Assembly (NCBI RefSeq): GCF_000284115.1
Contig: NC_017080.1
Location: 3,210,001 to 3,242,000, forward strand
DNA: 32,000 nt
From: Phycisphaera mikurensis NBRC 102666
GTDB lineage: Bacteria > Planctomycetota > Phycisphaerae > Phycisphaerales > Phycisphaeraceae
Direction of reading: 5' to 3'
This document shows positions 9,730-18,482 of the stretch, one piece after another. Under the pieces are notes generated by a model. The model worked only from the letters and a program-made list of their open reading frames with translations. It was not told the DNA's origin and made no database searches. A program made the position numbers and the translations under genes. Numbering within the stretch: the stretch's first letter is position 1; each line of letters opens with the position of its first letter.

Positions 9730-9762
9730 GCGCCGCGGACCGCGGGACCGGGCACAACAGGA

Positions 9763-10929
9763 TCAGGCGTCCTCGCCCGCGAGCAGCCCCGCCCGCCCCG
9801 CGTGCTGGCGGACGAGGCGGTCCCGCAACGCCGCGGCCCCGCCCCCGACACCCGGCCCCAGCCGCGCCGGCAGCGCCGCGAGCAGGCGCAGCATGCCCCC
9901 GAAGTCGCGGAGCGAGATCACCTCCCGCTCGATCGTGCCCGGCCGGGTGTCGCTCATGTTGTGGTAGTTGCCCAGCGGGACGCACACGCACGTCGCCGCG
10001 AGCCCGAAGGCCGCGTACGCCGTGGCCTCGCAGGTCCCGCCGGTCATCAGCTTGCGCTGCCACCGGAACGCGGGAGTCCCACCCGGAACGGGCGCCCCCG
10101 CGAGCTCCGCCGCCGCCGAGGCGACCGCGGCGGTCAGCGCCGGGTCGAAGGTGGACGATCGGTCCCCCACCCGCACGACGGGGCCGGCGCCCAAGGGCGC
10201 CTCGGCCGACGCTTTCGAGCACTCCAGCACGATCACGCGGGCGTCCGGCTCGAGGGTCCCGGCGAGGCAGGCGGCGACGGCCCCGACGAAACCCACCTCC
10301 TCCGCCCGCGTGAGCAGGACCCGCAGCGGCGCCTCGCCCGGATCGATGCTCCTCCGCCGCGCCTGCGCGTCCAGCGTTGCCAGCGCCGCCGCCACGCCCG
10401 CGAGGTCGTCGCAGGCCGGCGCCTGCAGCCGCGACCCGCGGACGCGGGCGGCGGGCAGGTCCCACGCGAGGACGTCCCCGGGCTCGGCCTCCACCGGCCG
10501 GGCGAAGGCGACGGCGAGCACCGGGTCGTCGGCGTCGGGGCCGGACGCCTCCCGGCGGTCCACGCCGACGACGACCCCGCGGCCGCAGCGCCGGCCGCCG
10601 CGCCAGAGCCGCACCGCCGAGCCCCGGAAGTGCGGCTCGGAGACGCCTCCGCGGAAGCGGGCCCGGAGCCGGCGCGGGTCACCCGGATCGATGCCCGCCA
10701 CCACCGCCGCCGGGTGGTCGGTGTGGGCCACGAGCAGCACCGGCGGCCCGCCGCCGGCCTCCTCACGCAGGCGCAGCGTCAGGTTGCCCGCCGCGTCGGC
10801 TGCGAGCAGGATTCGCTTCCGCCGCTTCGCCCATGCCCGCACGGAGGCCAGGACGGCGTCCTCCTCCCCGGCCGCCGTCGGGAGCGACGTCAGCGTCAAC
10901 AGCAGCTTCCGCGTGCGGTCGTCGAGCAT
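9763..10929 (-). CDS. M42-like (M20/M28 superfamily) metallo-aminopeptidase
   Basis: 388 aa. Collinear M42-type motifs: VLLVAHTDHP, LQAPACDDLAGVAAALATLD, LLTRAEEVGFVGA, GPVVRVGDRSSTFD, TGGTCEATAY, VPLGNYHN. Confidence 0.6.
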   Translation of the reverse strand: MLDDRTRKLLLTLTSLPTAAGEEDAVLASVRAWAKRRKRILLAADAAGNLTLRLREEAGGGPPVLLVAHTDHPAAVVAGIDPGDPRRLRARFRGGVSEPHFRGSAVRLWRGGRRCGRGVVVGVDRREASGPDADDPVLAVAFARPVEAEPGDVLAWDLPAARVRGSRLQAPACDDLAGVAAALATLDAQARRRSIDPGEAPLRVLLTRAEEVGFVGAVAACLAGTLEPDARVIVLECSKASAEAPLGAGPVVRVGDRSSTFDPALTAAVASAAAELAGAPVPGGTPAFRWQRKLMTGGTCEATAYAAFGLAATCVCVPLGNYHNMSDTRPGTIEREVISLRDFGGMLRLLAALPARLGPGVGGGAAALRDRLVRQHAGRAGLLAGEDA

Positions 10930-11021
10930 CGGGCGAGCCTAATTCCGCGGACCGCGAGCCCCGCGGGCCCGCGTACGCCTTGGTCCGCGGGCCGCGGCGT
11001 CCGGCGGCTCTACGGTCCGGC

Positions 11022-11882
11022 ATGACCCCGTACTGGAACGCGCTGAAGCAGGCCGTGCTCGACTTCTTCAACGACCGCGGCTTCGTCTGGGCGGCCGCGC
11101 TCGCCTTCTACGCGGCGCTCTCGTTCGCGCCGCTGGTGATGCTCACGCTCTACGCGACGGCGCAGCTGGGCCCGGACGTGCAGGCCCGCGTCGTCGAGCA
11201 GTTCGGCGACCTGCTCGGGGGCGCCGCGGGCGACACGCTCGGCGAGATCATCGACAACGCGGAGAAACGCGAGACCAGCGGCTTCTGGGCGACGATCGTC
11301 TCGGTCGGCGTGCTGATCTTCTCGGCATCGGGGGTGTTCGGGCAGCTGCAGGCGGCGCTCAACGCCATCTGGGACGTGCGGGCGAAGCCCGGCAACAGCA
11401 TCCTCGCCTTCCTCCGCTCGCGGCTGCTCTCGCTGGGGATGATCGGCAGCCTGCTCTTCCTGCTGCTGCTCTCGCTGGGCGCTTCCGCGGTGCTCAACGC
11501 GGTGCTCGGCGGCTTCGGCCTCGCCTGGGTGGTCAACCAGGCGGTCACGCTGGGGGTCTACCTGCTGCTCTTCGCGGCGATGTACAAGCTGCTCCCCGAT
11601 GTGCGGCTGACCTGGCGCGACACGCTGATCAGCGCCGCCGTCACCGCCGTGCTCTTCGCCGTCGGCAAGGCGGGCATCGGCCTCTACCTCGGCCGCGCCG
11701 CGGTGGGCAGCAGCTACGGCGCCGCCGGCTCGCTGATGGCCCTGCTCGTCTGGGTCTACTACGCCTCGGTCGTCGTGCTCTTCGGGGCGGAGCTCTCCCA
11801 GAGCCTCTTCGCGGAGTTCGACAAGCGCATCAAGCCCTCCAAGCACGCGGAGCGGGTGCCCGAGCAGGCTGCGGCGATCTAG
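11022..11882 (+). CDS. YihY/BrkB-family polytopic membrane protein
   Basis: 286 aa from ATG 11022; in-frame tail of track ORF 10377..11882, whose upstream part is Arg/Pro/Gly junk. Family-typical AAALAFYAALSFAPLVMLTL, multiple TM helices, GSLMALLVWVYYASVVVLFGAEL. Confidence 0.8.
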   Translation: MTPYWNALKQAVLDFFNDRGFVWAAALAFYAALSFAPLVMLTLYATAQLGPDVQARVVEQFGDLLGGAAGDTLGEIIDNAEKRETSGFWATIVSVGVLIFSASGVFGQLQAALNAIWDVRAKPGNSILAFLRSRLLSLGMIGSLLFLLLLSLGASAVLNAVLGGFGLAWVVNQAVTLGVYLLLFAAMYKLLPDVRLTWRDTLISAAVTAVLFAVGKAGIGLYLGRAAVGSSYGAAGSLMALLVWVYYASVVVLFGAELSQSLFAEFDKRIKPSKHAERVPEQAAAI

Positions 11883-11980
11883 CGCACCACGCGCAGCGTC
11901 CCGATGGCCTCTGCGGGCTTGCTCCGCCGGTTGAAGAAGCACCGCTCCGGCCCGCGAGCGGGGCAGATCGGCGCGAAGGA

Positions 11981-13264
11981 TCAGGAGCCCCCAGCGGCGA
12001 CGACGCGGCGGAGGCGAGCGATCATCCAGTCGGCGCGGCGGTCCCAGTCGAATGCCTCCTCCGCGGCGCGGCGGAGCCCGGCCTCGCCCGCGCGACGCCG
12101 CAGGCCGGCGTCGGTGGCGAGGGCGCCCATCGCGTCGGCGAAGCCGCGGGCGAGCTCCTCGGAGCTCCCGCCGCCGACCTTGAAGCCCTCGGCTCCGGTG
12201 ACGTACTCCGCCGGCCCGCCCCAATCGGTGACGACGACCGGGAGCCCCAGGGCCATCGCCTCCAGCACCACCGCCCCGCCGCACTCCTGGACGCTGGGCA
12301 GGCAGAAGGCGTCGGCACCACGCATCGTCTCCGCGGCGTCCTCCTGCCGCACGAAGCCGTGCAGGTGGAGGCGATCCGCGGCCGGGGACGACGCCGCGGC
12401 GGCGGCGAGGCGGTCTTCGTCGGTCCCGCGGCCGTAGACGTCCAGCTCCGCCTCGATGCCCCGCTCGGCGAGCAGCTCCATGGCGCGGAAGAGCACGTCG
12501 ACGCTCTTCCAGCGGACGAGCCGGCCCAGGAACGCGAAGCGGATGGGACGCTCGGCGTCGGGCTCGCGGATCGCCTCCGGCTGCCAAAGCTTCAGGTCGA
12601 CGCCGTTCTCGCAGAAGACCTCCACCTCGCCCCGCACCGCGGGCAGCGCGCGGCGGGTCCGCTCGTTCGCGGCGAGCACCAGCGTCGCCCTGCGTTTGCC
12701 GGGCAGAACGCGGTGGAGCAGAGGCGCCACCCGCATCGCCGCCCGCTTCAGCGGCCCCTGGACGCGTGCCTGGACCGCGTCGAATCCGGGCATCGGCTCG
12801 ATCGCACCGTTCAGCGGCCCCACCACCAGCGGCGCCCCCAAGCCCCAGAGCCCGCCGGGCTCGCGCGGGCTCACCGGATTGCACTCGTGGACCACCTGCA
12901 CCCGGTGCTCCGCGACCAACGCACGCGCGGCTCTGCGGAGCCGTCGCAGGAAGAGCACACGGGAGGGCGGGCGGTACAGCAGCCGGCGCAGCGGCGGCGA
13001 CAGGCGGCTGGTCCGGTACCGGTGGGCGAAGGCCCCCCCGATACCGGCGTCGGCGACGAAGTGCAGGCGATCGGCGTGCTCGGGGAACAGCTCCCTCAGC
13101 TCGTCGGCGTAGCGGTCGTGGGCGAGCAACCGCGCGTCGACGCCGCGCTCGAGGTAGCGGCGGAACCACTGGACGGGCAGGAAGGCCTCGCCGCCCGCAC
13201 GCTTGGAAGCGTTCTCGGCCACGACGAGGACGCGGAGCGGATCCTGTTGAGCGACTCCGCTCAT
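11981..13264 (-). CDS. Glycosyltransferase, GT-B fold, group 1 (GT4-like)
   Basis: 427 aa from ATG 13264 (ATGA overlap with the epimerase stop); in-frame tail of track ORF 11981..13933. Motifs: RVLVVAENASKRAGGEA, FLGRLVRWKSVDVL, EX7E-type CLPSVQECGGAVVLEAMALGLPVV. Confidence 0.8.
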   Translation of the reverse strand: MSGVAQQDPLRVLVVAENASKRAGGEAFLPVQWFRRYLERGVDARLLAHDRYADELRELFPEHADRLHFVADAGIGGAFAHRYRTSRLSPPLRRLLYRPPSRVLFLRRLRRAARALVAEHRVQVVHECNPVSPREPGGLWGLGAPLVVGPLNGAIEPMPGFDAVQARVQGPLKRAAMRVAPLLHRVLPGKRRATLVLAANERTRRALPAVRGEVEVFCENGVDLKLWQPEAIREPDAERPIRFAFLGRLVRWKSVDVLFRAMELLAERGIEAELDVYGRGTDEDRLAAAAASSPAADRLHLHGFVRQEDAAETMRGADAFCLPSVQECGGAVVLEAMALGLPVVVTDWGGPAEYVTGAEGFKVGGGSSEELARGFADAMGALATDAGLRRRAGEAGLRRAAEEAFDWDRRADWMIARLRRVVAAGGS

Positions 13265-14310
13265 GCCGCATCTCCCGCCGGGGACGCCGGCCGGCGCTCG
13301 TACCATTCCCACAGAGCCGCGAGGCCCTCGGCGACCGGCGTCCTCGGGTCGTAGCCGAGCAGCCGGCGGGCCTTGGAGATGTCGGCGCTGGTCCGTTCCG
13401 GCTCGCTCGCCGGCGCCGGCGGCGTCTCGAGGATCGCCCGCTTGCCCACCAGCTCCTCGATGATCTCGACGAAGTCGGCCATCCGCACCGGCTCGCCGCG
13501 GCCGAGGTTGACGATCTCGTAGCCCAGCGGCGTGTCCATGGCGGCGGACACGCCCGCGGCGATGTCGCCCACGTAGGTCCAGTCGCGCCACAGCTCGCCG
13601 GCCGAGAAGAGCGTGATCGGCTCGCCGCGGAAGACCCGGTCGGTGACCATGAAGGGCATCATGTCGGGCCGGGCCCGCGGGCCGTACACGCTGAAGAACC
13701 GCAGCGCCGTGAAGTTCATCCCGTGCAGGTTCGCGTAGGTGTGGCCCAGCAGCTCCACCGCCTTCTTGCAGGCGGGATATGCCGAGAGCGGCGCGTTGGA
13801 TGGATCGTCCTCGCGGAAGGGCAGCGCCGCCGACTTGCCGTACGCGCTGCTGGTGGAAGCGAAGGCGAAGACGCCGGGGGCTTTGCCGACCGAGCCGGTC
13901 CCGAGCCGGCCGTCGGCCTCCCAGGTGCGCCACGCCGCCTCGAGCAGGTGGACCGAGGCGGTGACGTTGACGTCGGTGTAGAGCGGCGTCCGGCCGATCG
14001 CGTACCGCACGTTCGCCATCGCCGCGAGGTGGGCCACCCGATCGAAGCGGTGCACCTCGAAGAGCTCATCGATGGCCGCCCGGTCGCGGATGTCGGCCTC
14101 GGCGAGGGTGAAGTTGGGGTGGTCCAGGAACCCCGCCACGTTCGCCCGCTTCTGCTGCGGGTCGTAATAGCCGTTGAAGTCGTCGAGCCCGACGACCCGG
14201 TCGCCCCGGGCGAGACGCAGCTCCACGGTGTGGCTACCGATCAGCCCCGCCGCCCCGGTGACGAGGCAGCAGGACTCTTCGGCGGCGGGGTTGGGGTTCT
14301 CCTTGGGCAT
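13261..14310 (-). CDS. NAD-dependent sugar-nucleotide epimerase, UDP-glucuronate 4-epimerase-like (SDR family)
   Basis: 349 aa. Rossmann VTGAAGLIGSH, GLDDFNGYYDP, STSSAYG, catalytic YPACK (YxxxK), RFFSVYGPRARPDM. Confidence 0.8.
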   Translation of the reverse strand: MPKENPNPAAEESCCLVTGAAGLIGSHTVELRLARGDRVVGLDDFNGYYDPQQKRANVAGFLDHPNFTLAEADIRDRAAIDELFEVHRFDRVAHLAAMANVRYAIGRTPLYTDVNVTASVHLLEAAWRTWEADGRLGTGSVGKAPGVFAFASTSSAYGKSAALPFREDDPSNAPLSAYPACKKAVELLGHTYANLHGMNFTALRFFSVYGPRARPDMMPFMVTDRVFRGEPITLFSAGELWRDWTYVGDIAAGVSAAMDTPLGYEIVNLGRGEPVRMADFVEIIEELVGKRAILETPPAPASEPERTSADISKARRLLGYDPRTPVAEGLAALWEWYERRPASPAGDAA

Positions 14311-14512
14311 CGTCAGACGCTATCGGCAGATGCGGCGGGCGGGGGTAGAAGCCGGCTCCGATTGCTTCGGCTCGGCGATCGATGCATCGGGAGCTGCCCA
14401 GCCCGTGCGTTGTGGTCCGCTCCACCAGACCCGCGTCACGAGGAGGCGGTGGCGGTGGCGGTAGCCGGGGGCGGAGCGACGGCTCGTGCGGCGAGTTCTG
14501 ATCCCGATTGAG

Positions 14513-17380
14513 TCAGTCAAACGGCACGAAGGAGAAGCCTTGGCGGATGTGGCTGTTGATGCCCGTGGCCGTCCAGCGGCTGTCCCAGGTCCCTCGCGGC
14601 CGCTCGCGAGCCAGCTCAAGGAAGCGATCGAGGCCGCCCCGCTCGTCGTGGCCGCCGAGGTACGACTCCACCCCTGCGCCTTCGTCGGTGAAGGCGGGTC
14701 CGTCGAACGGCCGCGACTCCCCGGAATCGACCACCACGTTCCCGCTGACCTCGGGGGCGTTGATCTCGTCCACGACCTGGATCGCCTCCCAGCGGTCGGA
14801 CATCTTCCACTGGTAGATGATGTTGTCTTTGACGACGGCGCGGAGATCAAAGTTGCCCATCCAATCGTGCCATACGTCCTCCTTCTCCTCGACCCGGATG
14901 GCGGCGAGGTGGGTGCCCGAGCCAACCTTCCGCGCGATGATGTTGTCCCGCACGAGCAGCCGCTCGACCGACTTGGCCTCGATGCCGAGCCCGCGCCCAC
15001 CGTTGGCGGAGGAGTCGATGTCGTCGCTCTCGAGGATCACATTCGCCGCAACCTCCGTTGGCGCATCGCACACCATCAGGGCCAAGGCGTTGCGAGCGAA
15101 AAAGTTGTTGCGGACGTTGCCGCCGGGTCGCACCTGCGCCCCATGCGAGGCGGCGCGGGTGATGATGTTGCCCTCGAGGGTCACCGGCGCGTTGAGCGTG
15201 AAGTAGTTGTAGAGGTTGTGATTGAACATCGTGCGGACAGCGCCTGGCACCTGGGCGTTCCAGCCGTTGTGGTCGAAGACGCTGTCGCGCACGACCAGAC
15301 CCGTCAGCCCGCTGGTGAAGAGGCCCTGCGCGTGGCCTCCGGCCGAGTAGGCGTCGGTGAGGATGCAGCGATTGATGGTGAGGTCGGCAAGGCCGTGCTC
15401 GCCGTCCCGCTGCCGCTGAAGCTCCGCCTGCTTGCCTCGATCGACGTCGTCGAAGGCTTTGAGTTCCATGTTGACCGAGAAGTGCGAGATCTTCAGGTCT
15501 TCGAAGAGGATGTTGCCGCCGGTCTGACGCCAGATGACTCCATAACGAAACTCGCTCGTGTCCTCTCGGCGGAAATCACGGGAGCCGGGGACGCGGGTTT
15601 GGGCCAGCAACTCGAATCCTTGAAACACGACGTGACTCACGCCGTTGCCGGTGTGACTCAAAAGGCCGGTCTCAAGGCCGCACAGAAAGACCGGGCGGTC
15701 GCCCTCGCCGTAGGTCGAAACGATCATCGGCTGCGACTCCGAGCGGCCGGACTTGTCCCAGAAGCCGAAGGGGCCGTCGAAGACGTCGCCGGCGCGGATC
15801 AGCAAGCGGTCGGGGAAGCCGTCGCGGAGCAGGCTCTTGCCGCTCTCGATTCTGGCAAGAGGCCGCTGGGGCGAGAGCCCGTCGTTGCGGTCGCTCCCGG
15901 CGGAGCTGCTGACGTAGACCAGGCGCGCGTCGCGGGCGACCGGGAAGCTCGTGAACCCAGCGTCGCTTCTGCCGGCTCCCGGCCGGGGCGAGGGCCGGCT
16001 GGGCGTCGGCTTGGGCGCGGCGGAGGGCGGCGTCGGCTTGGGCGCGGCGGAGGGCGGCGTGGGGCGGGGCGAGATGGGCTTGGCGGCGTTGACGACGCCG
16101 GGTGCCTTGGGCGCCGGCTTGGCGGCGGGCGCCGGCTCAGGAGCGGGATCGGAAGCGGGCTGGGGGGTCTCGCCGGCGACCGGTGCGGGTGCCGGCTCGG
16201 GCGTCGCGACCGCGAAGCCCGGATCGAGCGCGGGGGCGGGCGTCCCGGGTCCGGCGGAGGCCACCGGGGCGCCCGGGGCTGGCGCGGCGGGAGGCGTCGC
16301 CGCCCCGCCCGGCTGGCGGATCGCGCTGGCGGGCGCGGGACGGGTTGCGGGTTGCGGGCGGTCGGCGCGGGCGACCGCGGGCGGCGCGGCCGCGGCGGCG
16401 GGGGCGGCGGCGGGGGCGGCGGCCGATCCCGCCGCGGACGCGGCGCCGCCGTCCCCTTCCCCGGAAGCGTCGGAGGCGACACGCGGGGTCACGCGGCTGT
16501 CGGCGACACCCGGTGCGCCCAAGGATTCCGAAAGCTCCAGCGGCCGCGGCGCCGGCTCCTCCGCGGCCTCCGCCGCCGGGGTCTCGCCGGCCGGATCCTC
16601 CTCCGCCGCCACCTCCAGCGGGTGGCGTGCGACGCCAAGCACCTCCCCGTCGCGGCGCTGCATCAGCTGCAGCTCCACCACGCCGGGAGCGAGCCGGGCC
16701 AGGCGTTCCCCCTCGATCCACCAGGGCGGGCCATCGAGGACCTGGGCGAAGTCCTCGCGCATCTCCAGGCGCTGCGGGTCCCATGCGACGACGAGCACGT
16801 CCTCGCCGGGCGCGGGGGCGCCAGTCACGACGAGCTCGATCGGCTCGCTGTCGCCCAGCCGGCGTCGCTGCGGCTCCGAGGCCCCGAACGCGGCGGCGAA
16901 GGGGGCAGCGGCCGGAGCGGCCGACGCGGCGGGCGCCAAGCGGAACCCGACCGCCTCCCGCACCGTCTCGCCGGCGGCGGTGCTGGCGCTGGCCCGGAGC
17001 GTGTACGCACCCGGCGACGCACCGGCCGGCGTCCAGGGGCGGCGTGCCTCGGGCGGACCGGTCATCAGCACGGCGACGGAGCCGCCCAGGCCGGTGGCGA
17101 CGGTCTCGCCCGCCGCGTTCTCGAGCACGGCGGCGAGGCCGGTGACGCCCTCCACGCCGCGGACGCCCAGCGGCGTGTGGGCCGCGGCGGCGCCGCCTCC
17201 GGGAACCCCGACGAAGCGGAGCACCGGCGCCACGCTGGAGCCGGCTTCCGCGGAAGCGGGGGCGTCCGCGGGAGCGGCCGGCCCGGCCGCCTGGCCCGCG
17301 GCCAGGCCGGCGAGCGGCAACGACAGGCAGAGCGCGAGGCGGAGGGCGCCAACGGACCGGCGGGTGGGGGCAAGGGGCAT
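14513..17380 (-). CDS. Large secreted right-handed beta-helix protein (protein A)
   Basis: 955 aa from ATG 17380; the track ORF extends to 17566. Sec-type signal MPLAPTRRSVGALRLALCLSLPLAGLAAG. Two small N-terminal domains. Pro/Ala-rich linker of about 230 aa (about nt 15926-16609). C-terminal 470 aa (nt 14516-15925) has a beta-helix N-cap (VYVSSSAGSDRNDGLSPQRPLARIESG...LIRAGDVF) and repeated N/D-rich coils (VVRDSVFDHNGW, VRNNFFARN, LVRDNII, VVKDNIIY). Confidence 0.75.
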   Translation of the reverse strand: MPLAPTRRSVGALRLALCLSLPLAGLAAGQAAGPAAPADAPASAEAGSSVAPVLRFVGVPGGGAAAAHTPLGVRGVEGVTGLAAVLENAAGETVATGLGGSVAVLMTGPPEARRPWTPAGASPGAYTLRASASTAAGETVREAVGFRLAPAASAAPAAAPFAAAFGASEPQRRRLGDSEPIELVVTGAPAPGEDVLVVAWDPQRLEMREDFAQVLDGPPWWIEGERLARLAPGVVELQLMQRRDGEVLGVARHPLEVAAEEDPAGETPAAEAAEEPAPRPLELSESLGAPGVADSRVTPRVASDASGEGDGGAASAAGSAAAPAAAPAAAAAPPAVARADRPQPATRPAPASAIRQPGGAATPPAAPAPGAPVASAGPGTPAPALDPGFAVATPEPAPAPVAGETPQPASDPAPEPAPAAKPAPKAPGVVNAAKPISPRPTPPSAAPKPTPPSAAPKPTPSRPSPRPGAGRSDAGFTSFPVARDARLVYVSSSAGSDRNDGLSPQRPLARIESGKSLLRDGFPDRLLIRAGDVFDGPFGFWDKSGRSESQPMIVSTYGEGDRPVFLCGLETGLLSHTGNGVSHVVFQGFELLAQTRVPGSRDFRREDTSEFRYGVIWRQTGGNILFEDLKISHFSVNMELKAFDDVDRGKQAELQRQRDGEHGLADLTINRCILTDAYSAGGHAQGLFTSGLTGLVVRDSVFDHNGWNAQVPGAVRTMFNHNLYNYFTLNAPVTLEGNIITRAASHGAQVRPGGNVRNNFFARNALALMVCDAPTEVAANVILESDDIDSSANGGRGLGIEAKSVERLLVRDNIIARKVGSGTHLAAIRVEEKEDVWHDWMGNFDLRAVVKDNIIYQWKMSDRWEAIQVVDEINAPEVSGNVVVDSGESRPFDGPAFTDEGAGVESYLGGHDERGGLDRFLELARERPRGTWDSRWTATGINSHIRQGFSFVPFD
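16002..16063 (-). repeat. 27-bp tandem repeat inside the protein A linker (2 full units plus a partial one)
   Basis: GGCGTCGGCTTGGGCGCGGCGGAGGGC occurs at 16002-16028 and again identically at 16029-16055, followed by a partial unit. It encodes PTPPSAAPK PTPPSAAPK on the minus strand. Confidence 0.9.
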
Positions 17381-17609
17381 GGGGGCTCTCGGGGGCAAGG
17401 GCTCCCGTGTCTTCGGCCTCTTGACGACCCGCGTTGAGCGGGGAGCCCTCAGGATTTCCCGGATCCCCGCACGCGGGCAGCAGAACCCGCGGGCGGGTGC
17501 TTGCCGGCTCCAAGAGCGTCCCGCCAGGGTTCGGGCCGCCCCCGGCGTCCGGCGTACGCGATCCACCCCGGACGCGCGGCCCCGCCGCTCGCGAGCCCTC
17601 AGCGCCCGC

Positions 17610-18473
17610 TCAGAGGAACTGCCAGTCTCCGCTCCACCACGTCCACCCCCAAAGGCCCGCGTTGACGAGCCCGTGGCTCCAGATCACCGGACCCAGGCCC
17701 GCCCGCCGGTCCTCCGGGAGCGAGGGCCGATTGGTGTACGCGATCATCGCGCACCACACGAAGCCGCAGGCGAAGCAGCCCGCCCAGTCGCGGACGCCGT
17801 GGGAAGCCGCGAACACGACCGTCGACGCGAACGCGGAGAACAGCGTCACGGCGCCCAGCGACGTCTCGATCAGCTGCTTGGTGAGGGCCGGCGGCTCCTT
17901 CTGCGCGGCCTCGACCGACGGCCGCTCGGCGATGGCGTCGCCGAGGCCGGGCATGTCGCCGGCGAACTGCAGCAAGCCCGTGCGGGTGCCCCGCCAGCGG
18001 TGCACCGCCCGGAGCACCGCCGAGCGGACGAACAGCTCCTCGAACAGCGGCACGACCAGCGACATCCCCAGCCCGCGGGCGACGAAGGCGGCGCCGAAGG
18101 CGAGCGTGGAACCGGCCGCCAGCGGGCCGAAGACGTCCGCGTCGGCCAGCGCCACCCGCGCATCCTCCACGCCCATCAGGCGGTTGTAGCCGTGGCCCAG
18201 CAGCAGCCACGCCGCCAGCAACAGCCCCGCCGAGGGCAGCACCGTCCAGTGGAAGCGGAGGTTCAACTCCGGCGTGAGGGCGCGGTAGCGCCAAAGCAGG
18301 AACACGATGACGCCGCAGATCAGCGCGTACAGCGGCAGGTAGGCGTACGCCCCCAGCCGCCCCTCCGGCGTCAGCGCCCCGCTCACCGCGAGCCCCAGGA
18401 TGTAGACGAAGAACGGCGTCACCCGCGGGTGCCACGGGCTCGCCGCCATCCACTTGTCGAGGCGGACGAGCAC
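17610..18473 (-). CDS. CPBP-family (CAAX-protease-like) glutamic intramembrane protease
   Basis: 287-aa polytopic membrane protein. Motif 1 PLFEELFVRSAVLR (EExxxR); motif 2 FASTVVFAASHG (FxxxH); a later HG in VIWSHGLVN. GTG start at 18473 lies 9 nt after the TAA of the upstream gene; alternative ATG at 18449. Confidence 0.8.
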   Translation of the reverse strand: MLVRLDKWMAASPWHPRVTPFFVYILGLAVSGALTPEGRLGAYAYLPLYALICGVIVFLLWRYRALTPELNLRFHWTVLPSAGLLLAAWLLLGHGYNRLMGVEDARVALADADVFGPLAAGSTLAFGAAFVARGLGMSLVVPLFEELFVRSAVLRAVHRWRGTRTGLLQFAGDMPGLGDAIAERPSVEAAQKEPPALTKQLIETSLGAVTLFSAFASTVVFAASHGVRDWAGCFACGFVWCAMIAYTNRPSLPEDRRAGLGPVIWSHGLVNAGLWGWTWWSGDWQFL

Positions 18474-18482
18474 GCTGGAACA

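Noticed and set aside
11010-14511. Long ORFs 11010..13271 (-, 753 aa), 12359..13354 (+), 12766..14511 (+, 581 aa) and the 650-aa extension of the GT4 frame to 13933.
   Set aside because: All are Arg/Pro/Gly-rich and overlap the YihY, GT4 and epimerase genes, which carry clear family motifs. The GT4 start at ATG 13264 (ATGA overlap) gives a normal 427-aa enzyme.
16002-16063. Tandem direct repeats (also 26742-26813) checked as a possible CRISPR or minisatellite array.
   Set aside because: The units are contiguous without spacers, lie in frame inside coding low-complexity linkers, and number only 2-4 copies. This is not CRISPR architecture.
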